From positions 544,001 through 608,000 of the forward strand of contig CAWCPV010000004.1 of assembly GCA_963797555.1 (NCBI GenBank): a DNA stretch of 64,000 nt, written 5' to 3'. Every line of letters begins with the position of its first letter. The stretch's first letter is position 1. The DNA comes from an uncultured Gammaproteobacteria bacterium (GTDB taxonomy: Bacteria; Pseudomonadota; Gammaproteobacteria; CAWCPV01). A program made the position numbers and the translations under genes. This document shows positions 20,699 through 29,641 of this stretch, piece after piece. A model generated the notes under the pieces. The model did not search any database, had not been told where the DNA came from, and was given only the letters and a program-made list of their open reading frames with translations.

Positions 20699-20726
20699 AA
20701 CCTATCCCTGGCCCCTTTAACCTATC
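20687..20726. repeat. 20-bp tandem repeat cctggcccctttaacctatc x2 at the RAYT end
   Basis: Seen directly in the sequence. Confidence 0.9.
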
Positions 20727-20735
20727 CATCCGGTC

Positions 20736-22043
20736 CTACAGTTCCGCATTAATGACCCGGCGGCGATACGGGCGCAGGATTCTGTGCAACACTGCGAGCC
20801 GCTCGACGTCGTCCTCGTATGTCGGCATTTGGAGAGCCCGGAGCATGAACGGCGGCCTACGGGACTTGCCTCGTGCAACAAGCTCCACATTCGTGCCCAC
20901 GGCGAGTCCCATGCCGGCTTCGATGCAAGTGTTCAGATTGTCGTCAGTGATATCAGCAAGTACCACGAACGCGTCGCATACCTTCTTCATGATGGCCGAC
21001 TGCAGGTTGTCCTCATGGATCTCGCTGCCGACAATTGTGGCCATGCCCGTTATCCGTTCAATCAGGTGTCGTATCGACCCGCCGGCCCGGGCCAGGTCGG
21101 AGTCCAGATCCATTGCACAGAAGACGTACTGGGGGGCAGGGGGCTCCCGCCACTGTTCCCACAGCCCGCTGAGGTTGACAGACACCGAAGTCGGGCATTG
21201 CGCCGCCGCAGTTTCCATCCGAAGCCAGCTAGCGTCGGAGCCATCGACGCGGCGGACCCGAGGGTCGGCGACTATCACGGTCGGGAGGTCGAGCCGGCCG
21301 GCTACGTCCATTTCATGAACGAAATAGTTGTATGGCCTCTCGCCAGCAGAGGCAGACTCAACTTCGCGAAAAGGGAGAATGCCGACAAAGGCTCCGCAGC
21401 TGGCGATGATGCGCTCGACCCTCTCGCCCATTCCGAAGCCCTTCTGGTCGCGAGCGTCTCCAATCAAGCGGAAGCCCTGTTGTACAAGAGCGCGGCACAC
21501 GGCACGCGCACTGTCGCTATCGTCAGGTTGCCAGGAACAGCTAATGAAGATGTCACGAGCAGTTGCTGGGTTCGGGCGCTTCTCGCCCGGGTAAAACGCT
21601 TGAATGATTGCGAGCGCGCTGTCGGGGTCGAGGCAAGGTCCGGGAAGGTCAATCCAGGTGGTGCCTCTGAGCAATTCTTCGACGTTCGCGTTAGGGAGGC
21701 GAAGTGCCACAACACGAAAGGCATCGTGGTTCGCGCGCTCGTCCATCGCCGAGTTGTATTCCGCCTTCACCCAACCCCGTGCGAGTGACTTGTCAGACGC
21801 CACCAGCAGTATCCCACGACATCGCTCTATAGCCGCTTGGAGATCGGTGGCGAGCAGCGCACCGCCAGCCAACTCTCGTGCGTCGTACCAGACGCGCAGG
21901 CCGGCATTCGTCAACCAGCGATCAAGCTGCGACACAAAAGCTGCGTCCTGATGCGCATGGCTCAGGAAGACGTTGAAGTCTCGCCTCTGTATCGGGAGAG
22001 TCATCGGGTCACCCGAGTACGCGGCACGAATTGCGTGGTCCAT
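20736..22043 (-). CDS. TIR-domain protein with a second TIR-like domain and a C-terminal nucleoside-deoxyribosyltransferase-like domain (gene cassette)
   Basis: FNVFLSHAHQD..WYD..WVKAEY; DIFISCSW; VLADITDDNLNTCIEAGMGLA; lies directly downstream of attC 22088..22145; start codon uncertain. Confidence 0.8.
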   Translation of the reverse strand: MDHAIRAAYSGDPMTLPIQRRDFNVFLSHAHQDAAFVSQLDRWLTNAGLRVWYDARELAGGALLATDLQAAIERCRGILLVASDKSLARGWVKAEYNSAMDERANHDAFRVVALRLPNANVEELLRGTTWIDLPGPCLDPDSALAIIQAFYPGEKRPNPATARDIFISCSWQPDDSDSARAVCRALVQQGFRLIGDARDQKGFGMGERVERIIASCGAFVGILPFREVESASAGERPYNYFVHEMDVAGRLDLPTVIVADPRVRRVDGSDASWLRMETAAAQCPTSVSVNLSGLWEQWREPPAPQYVFCAMDLDSDLARAGGSIRHLIERITGMATIVGSEIHEDNLQSAIMKKVCDAFVVLADITDDNLNTCIEAGMGLAVGTNVELVARGKSRRPPFMLRALQMPTYEDDVERLAVLHRILRPYRRRVINAEL

Positions 22044-22087
22044 TTGCGCATTGTCGGAGCTGATACGAGATCATACCTCCAGGTGCG

Positions 22088-22145
22088 GCATAACGTTGCG
22101 CTTAGCGGCGCGCTTCAGCGCGTCCGCTGAAGCAGCAAGTTAGGC
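22088..22145 (-). other. attC site
   Basis: Minus strand GCCTAAC-ttgct-gcttcagcggacgcgc-tgaa-gcgcgccgctaagc-gcaac-GTTATGC; 58-bp imperfect hairpin just after a stop codon. Confidence 0.9.
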
Positions 22146-22301
22146 GCGGCCTAGAATACCTCAATATCGTCACGGCTGAATCCGGCTAAATTTGCGATGA
22201 TCTGCTCGAGTCCCCACGTCGGCGAAACAAACGCCGCATCCAATCGGAAGCGATGGTTGTACAAGGTTCCGAAAGCGTTCAATCTCATCCTCGGGGCAGA
22301 T

Positions 22302-22353
22302 AACGAATAGCATTTTATCCGTCGTGCAACGAATAGCATTTTATCCGTCGTGC
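22302..22353. repeat. 26-bp tandem duplication aacgaatagcattttatccgtcgtgc x2 (half of the attC-like hairpin)
   Basis: Seen directly; present in copy 1 only. Confidence 0.9.
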
Positions 22354-22634
22354 GGCAGCATGATGGATAAAATGTGTTGAACTGAACCGCTGGATTCAGG
22401 CGACCGGCCTATGGGGATTGTATGGGGGCAGTCCCGCGTTGGGGCCGCTTGGGGTGTGGCTGGTCGGGTGGTTATGTGGTGCATGGACCGCTCGCTGGGC
22501 CTCGGTCTGGTGTGATGTCCCCCGCAGGGCACTATGGCAAAGGTGTGGTGGGCGGGTCAAGGGCTGGGGAAGGCCAAAGGGGACTGTGGCCGGCTTGCGG
22601 GGAAGCGGTCGGGGGCTTCGGCGGGTGATGGTCG

Positions 22635-23853
22635 TCATGAGAGCGGTGGGGGTCCGGTCGCTTTCGGGGTGGGGGGTGCAGCCCTGAGCGGCACCACGAG
22701 AACGATCCGCTGCAGGTGCCCTTCTCCGCAGTAGGGGCAGCGCTGGATATCGATGCCCGTCAGGCGCAGCATTGCCGCCCCCACCGACTCGGGTTCTCGT
22801 GGCGCTGGCGCTGGCTGGCCGAGCAGCGCCCGGCAACGGGCTAGGCGCTCGGTACGGTGGCGGTTGGCCAAGAGCCCGACATGGCGGATACGCATCAAGC
22901 CAGGTGGGAGCACATGGAGCAGGAAGCGGCGGATGAACTCCTCGGTCTCCAGACGCATCACTTTGATCCGATTGCCCCGGGCATAGTCCCGGTAGCGAAA
23001 GCGCACGGTGCCATCGTTGAGATCGAGGAGCCGCTCGTGGCTGATCGCCACCCGGTGGGTGTAGCGTCCCAGGTAGGCCAGCACCTGCTCGGGACCCGCA
23101 AATGGGGGCTTGGAGTAGACTACCCAGTCCTGGGAGTGCAGCTCGGTGAGAAAACGGTCAAAGCCCGCTGGCTCGGCGAGCCCCGCCAGCTCGCCGGCGA
23201 AATGCAGCTCACCGCGCCCGCGGGCCTGTTGCAGGATCTCCAGGTACTTGCCGCGGAACACCCGGGACAATGCCCGGACCGGAAACAGGAAGCCGCGCTT
23301 GGCGGGAATCCAGCGGCCGGCGTCGACGGAGAGCGCACCGCCGGTCACCACGCAGTGCACGTGGATATGCTGGCCGAGGTTCTGGCCCCAGGTGTGCAGC
23401 ACCAGGGTCGCGCCGAGTTCCCCACCGAGCCAGCGGGGATTGCGCCCAAAGTCCTGCAGTGTCTCGGAGGCGGCCCGGAACAGAGCATCGTAGATCTGCT
23501 TGGGATTGCCCTGCGCCAGCGCATTGAGAGCATGCGGCAGGGTGAACACCACGTGGAAGTACTCCACAGGGAGGAGCTCCCGCGCAGCGCGCCTGCAGCC
23601 AGTGCTCCTTGGCCAGCGTCTGGCACTTGGGGCAATGGCGGTTGCGGCAGGAGTGGTAGCGCAACTCGATGCGCCCGCAGCGGTCGCACTGCACCGCTTG
23701 AGCCCCCAGCAGGAGCGTGCGGCAGGCCTCGATGGCCCGCATCACCCGGTGCTGCTGAGCGCACAGCCGATGGGTTGCCCGGAAGTGCTCCCCGTGGGCC
23801 CGGAAGATATCCGCCAGCTCCAGCCGCCCCGCTCCCGCGGGACGGGTACACAC
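22635..23853 (-). CDS. IS91-family (Y2 HUH) transposase, copy 1, +1 frameshift near 23581
   Basis: SCRNRHCPKCQ zinc finger, YFHVVFTLP, LHTWG..HIHVH, YLGRYTHRVAIS, RIRHVGLLAN. Confidence 0.92.
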
Positions 23854-23856
23854 CGC

Positions 23857-24715
23857 CTAGAACTGCGTGGGGCTCTCAGGGATCTCCAGCAGGTCGAGCG
23901 GCGAGGCGGTGCCGGTCAGGCGCGGCCTCGCCAGGTGAAAGTAGCGCAGGGTGGTGCTGAGGTGCCCATGGCCCAACAGGCGCTGGATGGTGTGGAGAAT
24001 CCACTGCCGCCTCCAGCAGGTGGGTGGCGAAGGCATGCCTCAGCCCGTGGATGCCGCAGCGCTTGGTGATGCCCGCCCTGCGCTTGGCTGCATAATAAAT
24101 CTTCTGGGCCGAGCGGGGCTCGATGGGATGTTCCCCGTCGCGCAGAGGAAAGAGCCAGCGCTTGGGGCGGTAGGCCATCCAGTAACGGCGAAGCTCAAGG
24201 AGCAAGCGCTTGGAGAGCAGCGTGTAGCGGTCCTTCGCCCCCTTGGCCTGCTCCACCCGAAGGGCCATGCGCTCGCTGTCGATGTCCGAGACCTTGAGGT
24301 GCGCCACCTCGCTCACCCGCAGCCCCGCGCTGTAGGTGGCCATCAACAGCGCCCGGTGCTTGAGGTTCAAGGTCGCCTCGAACAGCCGCTTGATCTCCTC
24401 GCGGCTCAGGATCTCGGGCAGCCTGGAGGGCTGTCGGGGGCTCGGCAGACAGAACTCGGCCTCGGAGCGGCCCAAGCTGACTCGGTAGAAGAACCGCAGG
24501 CCATTGGCGATGATGTTACAGGTGCTGCTGGAAAGTCCCCGCTCCGGAAGCCCGTGCAGCAGGTAGCTCTGCACCTCGGGCTCGGAGATCTCGTCGGGCC
24601 TGTGTCGGTAGAACCTGGCCAGACCCCGTACCGCATCGAGATAAGCCTCGCGGGTGCGCACCGCCATCCCGCGCAGCACCATGTCGTCGTCCATCTTCGC
24701 GCGCAGCTCGCTCAT
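23857..24715 (-). CDS. Tyrosine recombinase with IntI-like N-terminal SAM domain, copy 1; frameshift at ~23999 puts LGH/catalytic Tyr out of frame
   Basis: LRG..RTREAY, LPEILSREEI, YSAGLRVSE, KGAKDR, HGLRHAFATHLLE; shifted frame reads DLHTIQRLLGHGHLSTTLRYFHL. Confidence 0.9.
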
Positions 24716-25148
24716 GACAGCCTCCTTTCAAGCAGAGAGTGGGAAAGACCCACGCAAAGCTTGGCAGAGCAGTCATGAGAGATCGCAAAACGTCAGGCGA
24801 AGATGAGGATCCGGCATAGCCGGTCGCATTACAGCGCCAAAATAGCGGAGCAGTTCAGCCAGAAACAATGCGAAAACGCCAAAAAAACCAAACCATCGCG
24901 TAAGCGGTTTAGTTCAACAATGAATGGGTGTGGAAGACTGAAGTTTCCCTTCTTTCGCCACCCACGTTCCCACCAGAATTCATTTCGGTAACGGCGACCG
25001 CCACCCGCACCATCGTTAGAACCCATCTGCTCGATAAAAGGTGTGATCTTCGAAATGGGCTGATCGTCGAAATGGCCGGCGTTATATCGAGATACCAGAC
25101 GGGATTTGCGCCTCCACCTCGACCTTGTTTCTTTGTTATCGCTATACC

Positions 25149-25852
25149 CATCCCATTACACACAACTTGAGGACACTCGTGTAACATCCTGACACAATGC
25201 TACAAGAGGGAGGGTGTCGGGATGAGCTGGGCAGCGGAGGAGTTCCAGGGCATTGACTTGGGCGACAAGCGGCTGGACAAGCGAGCGGTGTTGCTGGCCG
25301 AGCGGCTGGCGGAGAAGCCGACGGCGAGCATTCCAGGAGCGTGTGGGGGCTGGGCCGAGACCCAGGGGGCTTAACCGTGAGGCCGCCAGCTTCGAGCCAG
25401 CGGCCGAGATCATCGACTGGTATCGCGCCCGCTGGGAGATTGAACTCTTCTTCCACGTGCTGAAGAACGCCTGCCGCGTGGAGGCATTGCAGCTCAGCAC
25501 CATGGAACGCCTGGAACGGGCGCTGGCGCTATTCATGGTGGTCGCCTGGCGCATCGCCCGGCTGATGCGCCTGGGGCGCACCTGTCCGGACTTGGAGGCC
25601 GAGTGGTTGTTCGAGCGCGAGGAGTGGGAGGCAGCCTTCCTCCTGAACAAGAAACGCCCACCGAAGACGCCACCCCGACTGAACCAAGTGGTGCGTCTCA
25701 TCGCCAGGCTCGGCGGCTTCCTGGGGCGCAAGGGCGACGGCGAGCCCGGTGTGAAAACCCTCTGGCAAGGGCTGCAGCGGGTTATGGACTTCGCGGCAGG
25801 ACTGCACTACGCGCGTGAGGCCCAAGCCCTTTGACTTGTGTGTAACGAGATG
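25149..25852 (+). mobile_element. Internally deleted IS4-family (IS50/Tn5-like) element with terminal inverted repeats and a 9-bp target duplication
   Basis: Ends catcccattacacacaa / ttgtgtgtaacgagatg; TSD cgctatacc at 25140..25148 and 25853..25861; MSWAAEEF..LGDKRL N-terminus joined to YRARWEIE..FHVLK and LGGFLGRKGDGEPG C-terminus. Confidence 0.9.
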
Positions 25853-26153
25853 CGCTATACCATAGGGGGCAAATTCAAACTGACGCCCTTCGATCTCCCC
25901 TAGCAGCAAACATAGATGCTCGAGCGGCGTTTCCGTGAAACAGACGCACTTCTGAGACTCGGTCGCCTGGTGCGCCTCTTCGAGTCTTGTGACCGCTGGC
26001 CCGAACGGTGTTCGCGCCTCTACTCGCGTTGACTCGAGAATAGACTCAAGGCGCTCGCGCGCCGTCTGGTTTTCACCATCTCTCGTAAGGTGCACGAGAA
26101 AAGTGCCAAGGTCGGTTCTGCGCGCGATAACTTCGCGAATGTTCATGCGTGGT

Positions 26154-26216
26154 ACCTAACGTGCCAAGCTCAGGGGCCGCGACGTAGGAGCGGTCCCCTG
26201 GAGCGCAGAGTTAGGC
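26154..26216 (-). other. attC site
   Basis: Minus strand GCCTAAC...gctccaggggaccgc-tcctacgtc-gcggcccctgagc...GTTAGGT; includes the hicB stop codon. Confidence 0.88.
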
Positions 26217-26423
26217 CATGACCTCGACGTACTCCACATGGCTAGCCGGCTGCGGAATCGGCAGCCCGTCCTCGTGCATCCCCGCCAGGTGAAACTCAAT
26301 GGCTTCCCGGATGGCGACTTCAGTCTCCTCCACCGTGGCCCCAGTAGCCACACAACCGGGCAGGTCTGGAACGTAGGCCGAGTAGTTGCTCTCCGCCTTC
26401 TCAATCACGACCGCATAACGCAT
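26211..26423 (-). CDS. hicB: HicB antitoxin
   Basis: MRYAVVIEKAESNYSAYVPDLPGCVATGATVEE..IREAIEFHL. Confidence 0.92.
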   Translation of the reverse strand: MRYAVVIEKAESNYSAYVPDLPGCVATGATVEETEVAIREAIEFHLAGMHEDGLPIPQPASHVEYVEVMA

Positions 26424-26431
26424 GGCCACAC

Positions 26432-26620
26432 CTACTTTTTCCAACCCGCTTGCTTGAAGACACTGTTGAGCGTCCCAGGCGCCAGATCGTCGCTGGGCTT
26501 GCCCGCAACCGTCACGCGACCGGGCTTGGTCGGATGTTTCAACTGCCGATGGCTGCCCCGCGTTGCCACCACGTACCAGCCATCCTCCCGCAACTTCTCT
26601 AGCACCTCGCTGACCTTCAT
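26432..26620 (-). CDS. hicA: HicA toxin
   Basis: MKVSEVLEKLREDGW..RGSHRQLKHPTKPGRVTVAG..DLAPGTLNSVFKQAG. Confidence 0.92.
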   Translation of the reverse strand: MKVSEVLEKLREDGWYVVATRGSHRQLKHPTKPGRVTVAGKPSDDLAPGTLNSVFKQAGWKK

Positions 26621-26626
26621 CAAGCA

Positions 26627-26655
26627 AGCATACTGCCCCACTGAGAGGTGGTCAA
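26627..26655 (-). promoter_or_regulatory. Sigma70-type promoter inside the hicAB cassette
   Basis: TTGACC-17 bp-TATGCT, 6 bp upstream of the hicA ATG. Confidence 0.65.
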
Positions 26656-26675
26656 AACGGGCTGGATAGCGAGCG

Positions 26676-26753
26676 GCCCAACGCCGGTGCTCACCCGCGA
26701 CGACGGCGGCCGTCAGGCCGCCGGAGGCGTCGTGGTGGAGCGGCTGGTTAGGC
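26676..26753 (-). other. attC site
   Basis: Minus strand GCCTAAC..gctccaccacgacgcctccggcggcc-tgac-ggccgccgtcgtcgcgggtgagc..GTTGGGC; includes the upstream gene stop. Confidence 0.85.
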
Positions 26754-27236
26754 AGCGGAGCCAATTCCAGCATGCTCATTGATTTTCTCGAACCATATTT
26801 GAGCCATCTCTTTCGACATTGTGATGCCCCGTGGTAGAGGTTGCTCTGCTTCGATGTGGAGGTACAACGCGTGAGAAATCTCCGTGTACTCCTCGAAGAG
26901 TTCTGGGACGTTCGGTGCCCGCAGAATCAAACGCATGATTCGGAGCCAGCTATGAATCTGGTGTCGTCCGTCGCGGCTCTCAGTCTCTAGTAAGAGATAG
27001 ACGGACTGGTTGACCAGCGCTGGCAGAAGCGATCGAAGGTATGGAAAGTCCTTCTCCCAAAGTCCTTCAATCAACGCGATACCTACGCTTCGCTTTTGAG
27101 AACCGCCGGTCAGGTATTCCAGAGCCTGAATTAGAACCCGATGCCGCTGCTCGCCCCGACGCTCGAGGTACGCAGTGACGGCCAGGAGCCCAGCAACTAA
27201 CCAACCACCAACGGCAGCGATAACGGCTTCGGTCAC
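26748..27236 (-). CDS. Hypothetical cassette protein with an N-terminal TM helix
   Basis: GTG start after GTTAGGC and a GGAG RBS; stop inside the attC core; lower GC than the host genes. Confidence 0.7.
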   Translation of the reverse strand: MTEAVIAAVGGWLVAGLLAVTAYLERRGEQRHRVLIQALEYLTGGSQKRSVGIALIEGLWEKDFPYLRSLLPALVNQSVYLLLETESRDGRHQIHSWLRIMRLILRAPNVPELFEEYTEISHALYLHIEAEQPLPRGITMSKEMAQIWFEKINEHAGIGSAA

Positions 27237-27250
27237 GTCGAGTCTCCGCT

Positions 27251-27309
27251 GCCTAACGAATAGCATTTTATCCGTCGTGCGGCAGCATGATGGATAAAAT
27301 GTGTTGAAC
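27251..27309 (-). other. attC-like 59-bp hairpin terminating the Int/IS91 element (also at 22324..22382)
   Basis: Minus strand GTTCAAC-a-cattttatccatcatgc-tgcc-gcacgacggataaaatg-ctattc-GTTAGGC; RYYYAAC/GTTRRRY cores present, spacer register atypical. Confidence 0.7.
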
Positions 27310-27561
27310 TGAACCGCTGGATTCAGGCGACCGGCCTATGGGGATTGTATGGGGGCAGTCCCGCGTTGGGGCCGCTTGGGGTGTGGCTGGTCGGGTGGTT
27401 ATGTGGTGCATGGACCGCTCGCTGGGCCTCGGTCTGGTGTGATGTCCCCCGCAGGGCACTATGGCAAAGGTGTGGTGGGCGGGTCAAGGGCTGGGGAAGG
27501 CCAAAGGGGACTGTGGCCGGCTTGCGGGGAAGCGGTCGGGGGCTTCGGCGGGTGATGGTCG

Positions 27562-28779
27562 TCATGAGAGCGGTGGGGGTCCGGTCGCTTTCGGGGTGGG
27601 GGGTGCAGCCCTGAGCGGCACCACGAGAACGATCCGCTGCAGGTGCCCTTCTCCGCAGTAGGGGCAGCGCTGGATATCGATGCCCGTCAGGCGCAGCATT
27701 GCCGCCCCCACCGACTCGGGTTCTCGTGGCGCTGGCGCTGGCTGGCCGAGCAGCGCCCGGCAACGGGCTAGGCGCTCGGTACGGTGGCGGTTGGCCAAGA
27801 GCCCGACATGGCGGATACGCATCAAGCCAGGTGGGAGCACATGGAGCAGGAAGCGGCGGATGAACTCCTCGGTCTCCAGACGCATCACTTTGATCCGATT
27901 GCCCCGGGCATAGTCCCGGTAGCGAAAGCGCACGGTGCCATCGTTGAGATCGAGGAGCCGCTCGTGGCTGATCGCCACCCGGTGGGTGTAGCGTCCCAGG
28001 TAGGCCAGCACCTGCTCGGGACCCGCAAATGGGGGCTTGGAGTAGACTACCCAGTCCTGGGAGTGCAGCTCGGTGAGAAAACGGTCAAAGCCCGCTGGCT
28101 CGGCGAGCCCCGCCAGCTCGCCGGCGAAATGCAGCTCACCGCGCCCGCGGGCCTGTTGCAGGGTCTCCAGGTACTTGCCGCGGAACACCCGGGACAATGC
28201 CCGGACCGGAAACAGGAAGCCGCGCTTGGCGGGAATCCAGCGGCCGGCGTCGACGGAGAGCGCACCGCCGGTCACCACGCAGTGCACGTGGATATGCTGG
28301 CCGAGGTTCTGGCCCCAGGTGTGCAGCACCAGGGTCGCGCCGAGTTCCCCACCGAGCCAGCGGGGATTGCGCCCAAAGTCCTGCAGTGTCTCGGAGGCGG
28401 CCCGGAACAGAGCAGCGTAGATCTGCTTGGGATTGCCCTGCGCCAGCGCATTGAGAGCATGCGGCAGGGTGAACACCACGTGGAAGTACTCCACAGGGAG
28501 GAGCTCCGCGCAGCGCGCCTGCAGCCAGTGCTCCTTGGCCAGCGTCTGGCACTTGGGGCAATGGCGGTTGCGGCAGGAGTGGTAGCGCAACTCGATGCGC
28601 CCGCAGCGGTCGCACTGCACCGCTTGAGCCCCCAGCAGGAGCGTGCGGCAGGCCTCGATGGCCCGCATCACCCGGTGCTGCTGAGCGCACAGCCGATGGG
28701 TTGCCCGGAAGTGCTCCCCGTGGGCCCGGAAGATATCCGCCAGCTCCAGCCGCCCCGCTCCCGCGGGACGGGTACACAC
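27562..28779 (-). CDS. IS91-family (Y2 HUH) transposase, intact, 405 aa
   Basis: Zinc finger CRNRHCPKC, HUH motif HIHVH, YLGRY two-tyrosine motif. Confidence 0.95.
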   Translation of the reverse strand: MCTRPAGAGRLELADIFRAHGEHFRATHRLCAQQHRVMRAIEACRTLLLGAQAVQCDRCGRIELRYHSCRNRHCPKCQTLAKEHWLQARCAELLPVEYFHVVFTLPHALNALAQGNPKQIYAALFRAASETLQDFGRNPRWLGGELGATLVLHTWGQNLGQHIHVHCVVTGGALSVDAGRWIPAKRGFLFPVRALSRVFRGKYLETLQQARGRGELHFAGELAGLAEPAGFDRFLTELHSQDWVVYSKPPFAGPEQVLAYLGRYTHRVAISHERLLDLNDGTVRFRYRDYARGNRIKVMRLETEEFIRRFLLHVLPPGLMRIRHVGLLANRHRTERLARCRALLGQPAPAPREPESVGAAMLRLTGIDIQRCPYCGEGHLQRIVLVVPLRAAPPTPKATGPPPLS

Positions 28780-28782
28780 CGC

Positions 28783-29641
28783 CTAGAACTGCGTGGGGCT
28801 CTCAGGGATCTCCAGCAGGTCGAGCGGCGAGGCGGTGCCGGTCAGGCGCGGCCTCGCCAGGTGAAAGTAGCGCAGGGTGGTGCTGAGGTGCCCATGGCCC
28901 AACAGGCGCTGGATGGTGTGGAGAATCCACTGCCGCCTCCAGCAGGTGGGTGGCGAAGGCATGCCTCAGCCCGTGGATGCCGCAGCGCTTGGTGATGCCC
29001 GCCCTGCGCTTGGCTGCATAATAAATCTTCTGGGCCGAGCGGGGCTCGATGGGATGTTCCCCGTCGCGCAGAGGAAAGAGCCAGCGCTTGGGGCGGTAGG
29101 CCATCCAGTAACGGCGAAGCTCAAGGAGCAAGCGCTTGGAGAGCAGCGTGTAGCGGTCCTTCGCCCCCTTGGCCTGCTCCACCCGAAGGGCCATGCGCTC
29201 GCTGTCGATGTCCGAGACCTTGAGGTGCGCCACCTCGCTCACCCGCAGCCCCGCGCTGTAGGTGGCCATCAACAGCGCCCGGTGCTTGAGGTTCAAGGTC
29301 GCCTCGAACAGCCGCTTGATCTCCTCGCGGCTCAGGATCTCGGGCAGCCTGGAGGGCTGTCGGGGGCTCGGCAGACAGAACTCGGCCTCGGAGCGGCCCA
29401 AGCTGACTCGGTAGAAGAACCGCAGGCCATTGGCGATGATGTTACAGGTGCTGCTGGAAAGTCCCCGCTCCGGAAGCCCGTGCAGCAGGTAGCTCTGCAC
29501 CTCGGGCTCGGAGATCTCGTCGGGCCTGTGTCGGTAGAACCTGGCCAGACCCCGTACCGCATCGAGATAAGCCTCGCGGGTGCGCACCGCCATCCCGCGC
29601 AGCACCATGTCGTCGTCCATCTTCGCGCGCAGCTCGCTCAT
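28783..29641 (-). CDS. Tyrosine recombinase, copy 2, same frameshift (~28925)
   Basis: Translation identical to copy 1. Confidence 0.9.

Larger units (their letters stand above)
22305..24918 (-). mobile_element. Cassette-like element copy 1: tyrosine recombinase + IS91-family transposase + attC-like hairpin
   Basis: Near-identical to 27258..29844; 16-bp inverted repeats tgttgaactgaaccgc (22375..22390) / gcggtttagttcaaca (24904..24919); inserted at a GTT in the AbiGi-like gene. Confidence 0.9.
22151..26146 (-). pseudogene. AbiGi-family gene cassette split into three pieces (26146..25853, 25148..24916, 22304..22151) by an IS4 remnant and the Int/IS91 element
   Basis: FLVHLTR, CVCFTETPL, FAPYGIA|ITKKQGRGGGANPVWY, EFWWERGWR, PFI-V-ICPEDEI, WGLEQIIANLAGF. 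Confidence 0.75.

Noticed and set aside
19893-20726. CRISPR array from the tggcccc repeats
   Set aside because: Repeats are short, tandem and lack unique regular spacers; no cas genes are present.
22341-22836. Short ORFs in the element's downstream region (also 27268..27763)
   Set aside because: Low-complexity translations overlapping the hairpin and the transposase end; no recognisable motifs.
23857-24715. Calling the recombinase a bona fide integron integrase (intI)
   Set aside because: It is short, lacks a visible IntI-specific insertion, is co-oriented inside the array and is coupled to an IS91 transposase.
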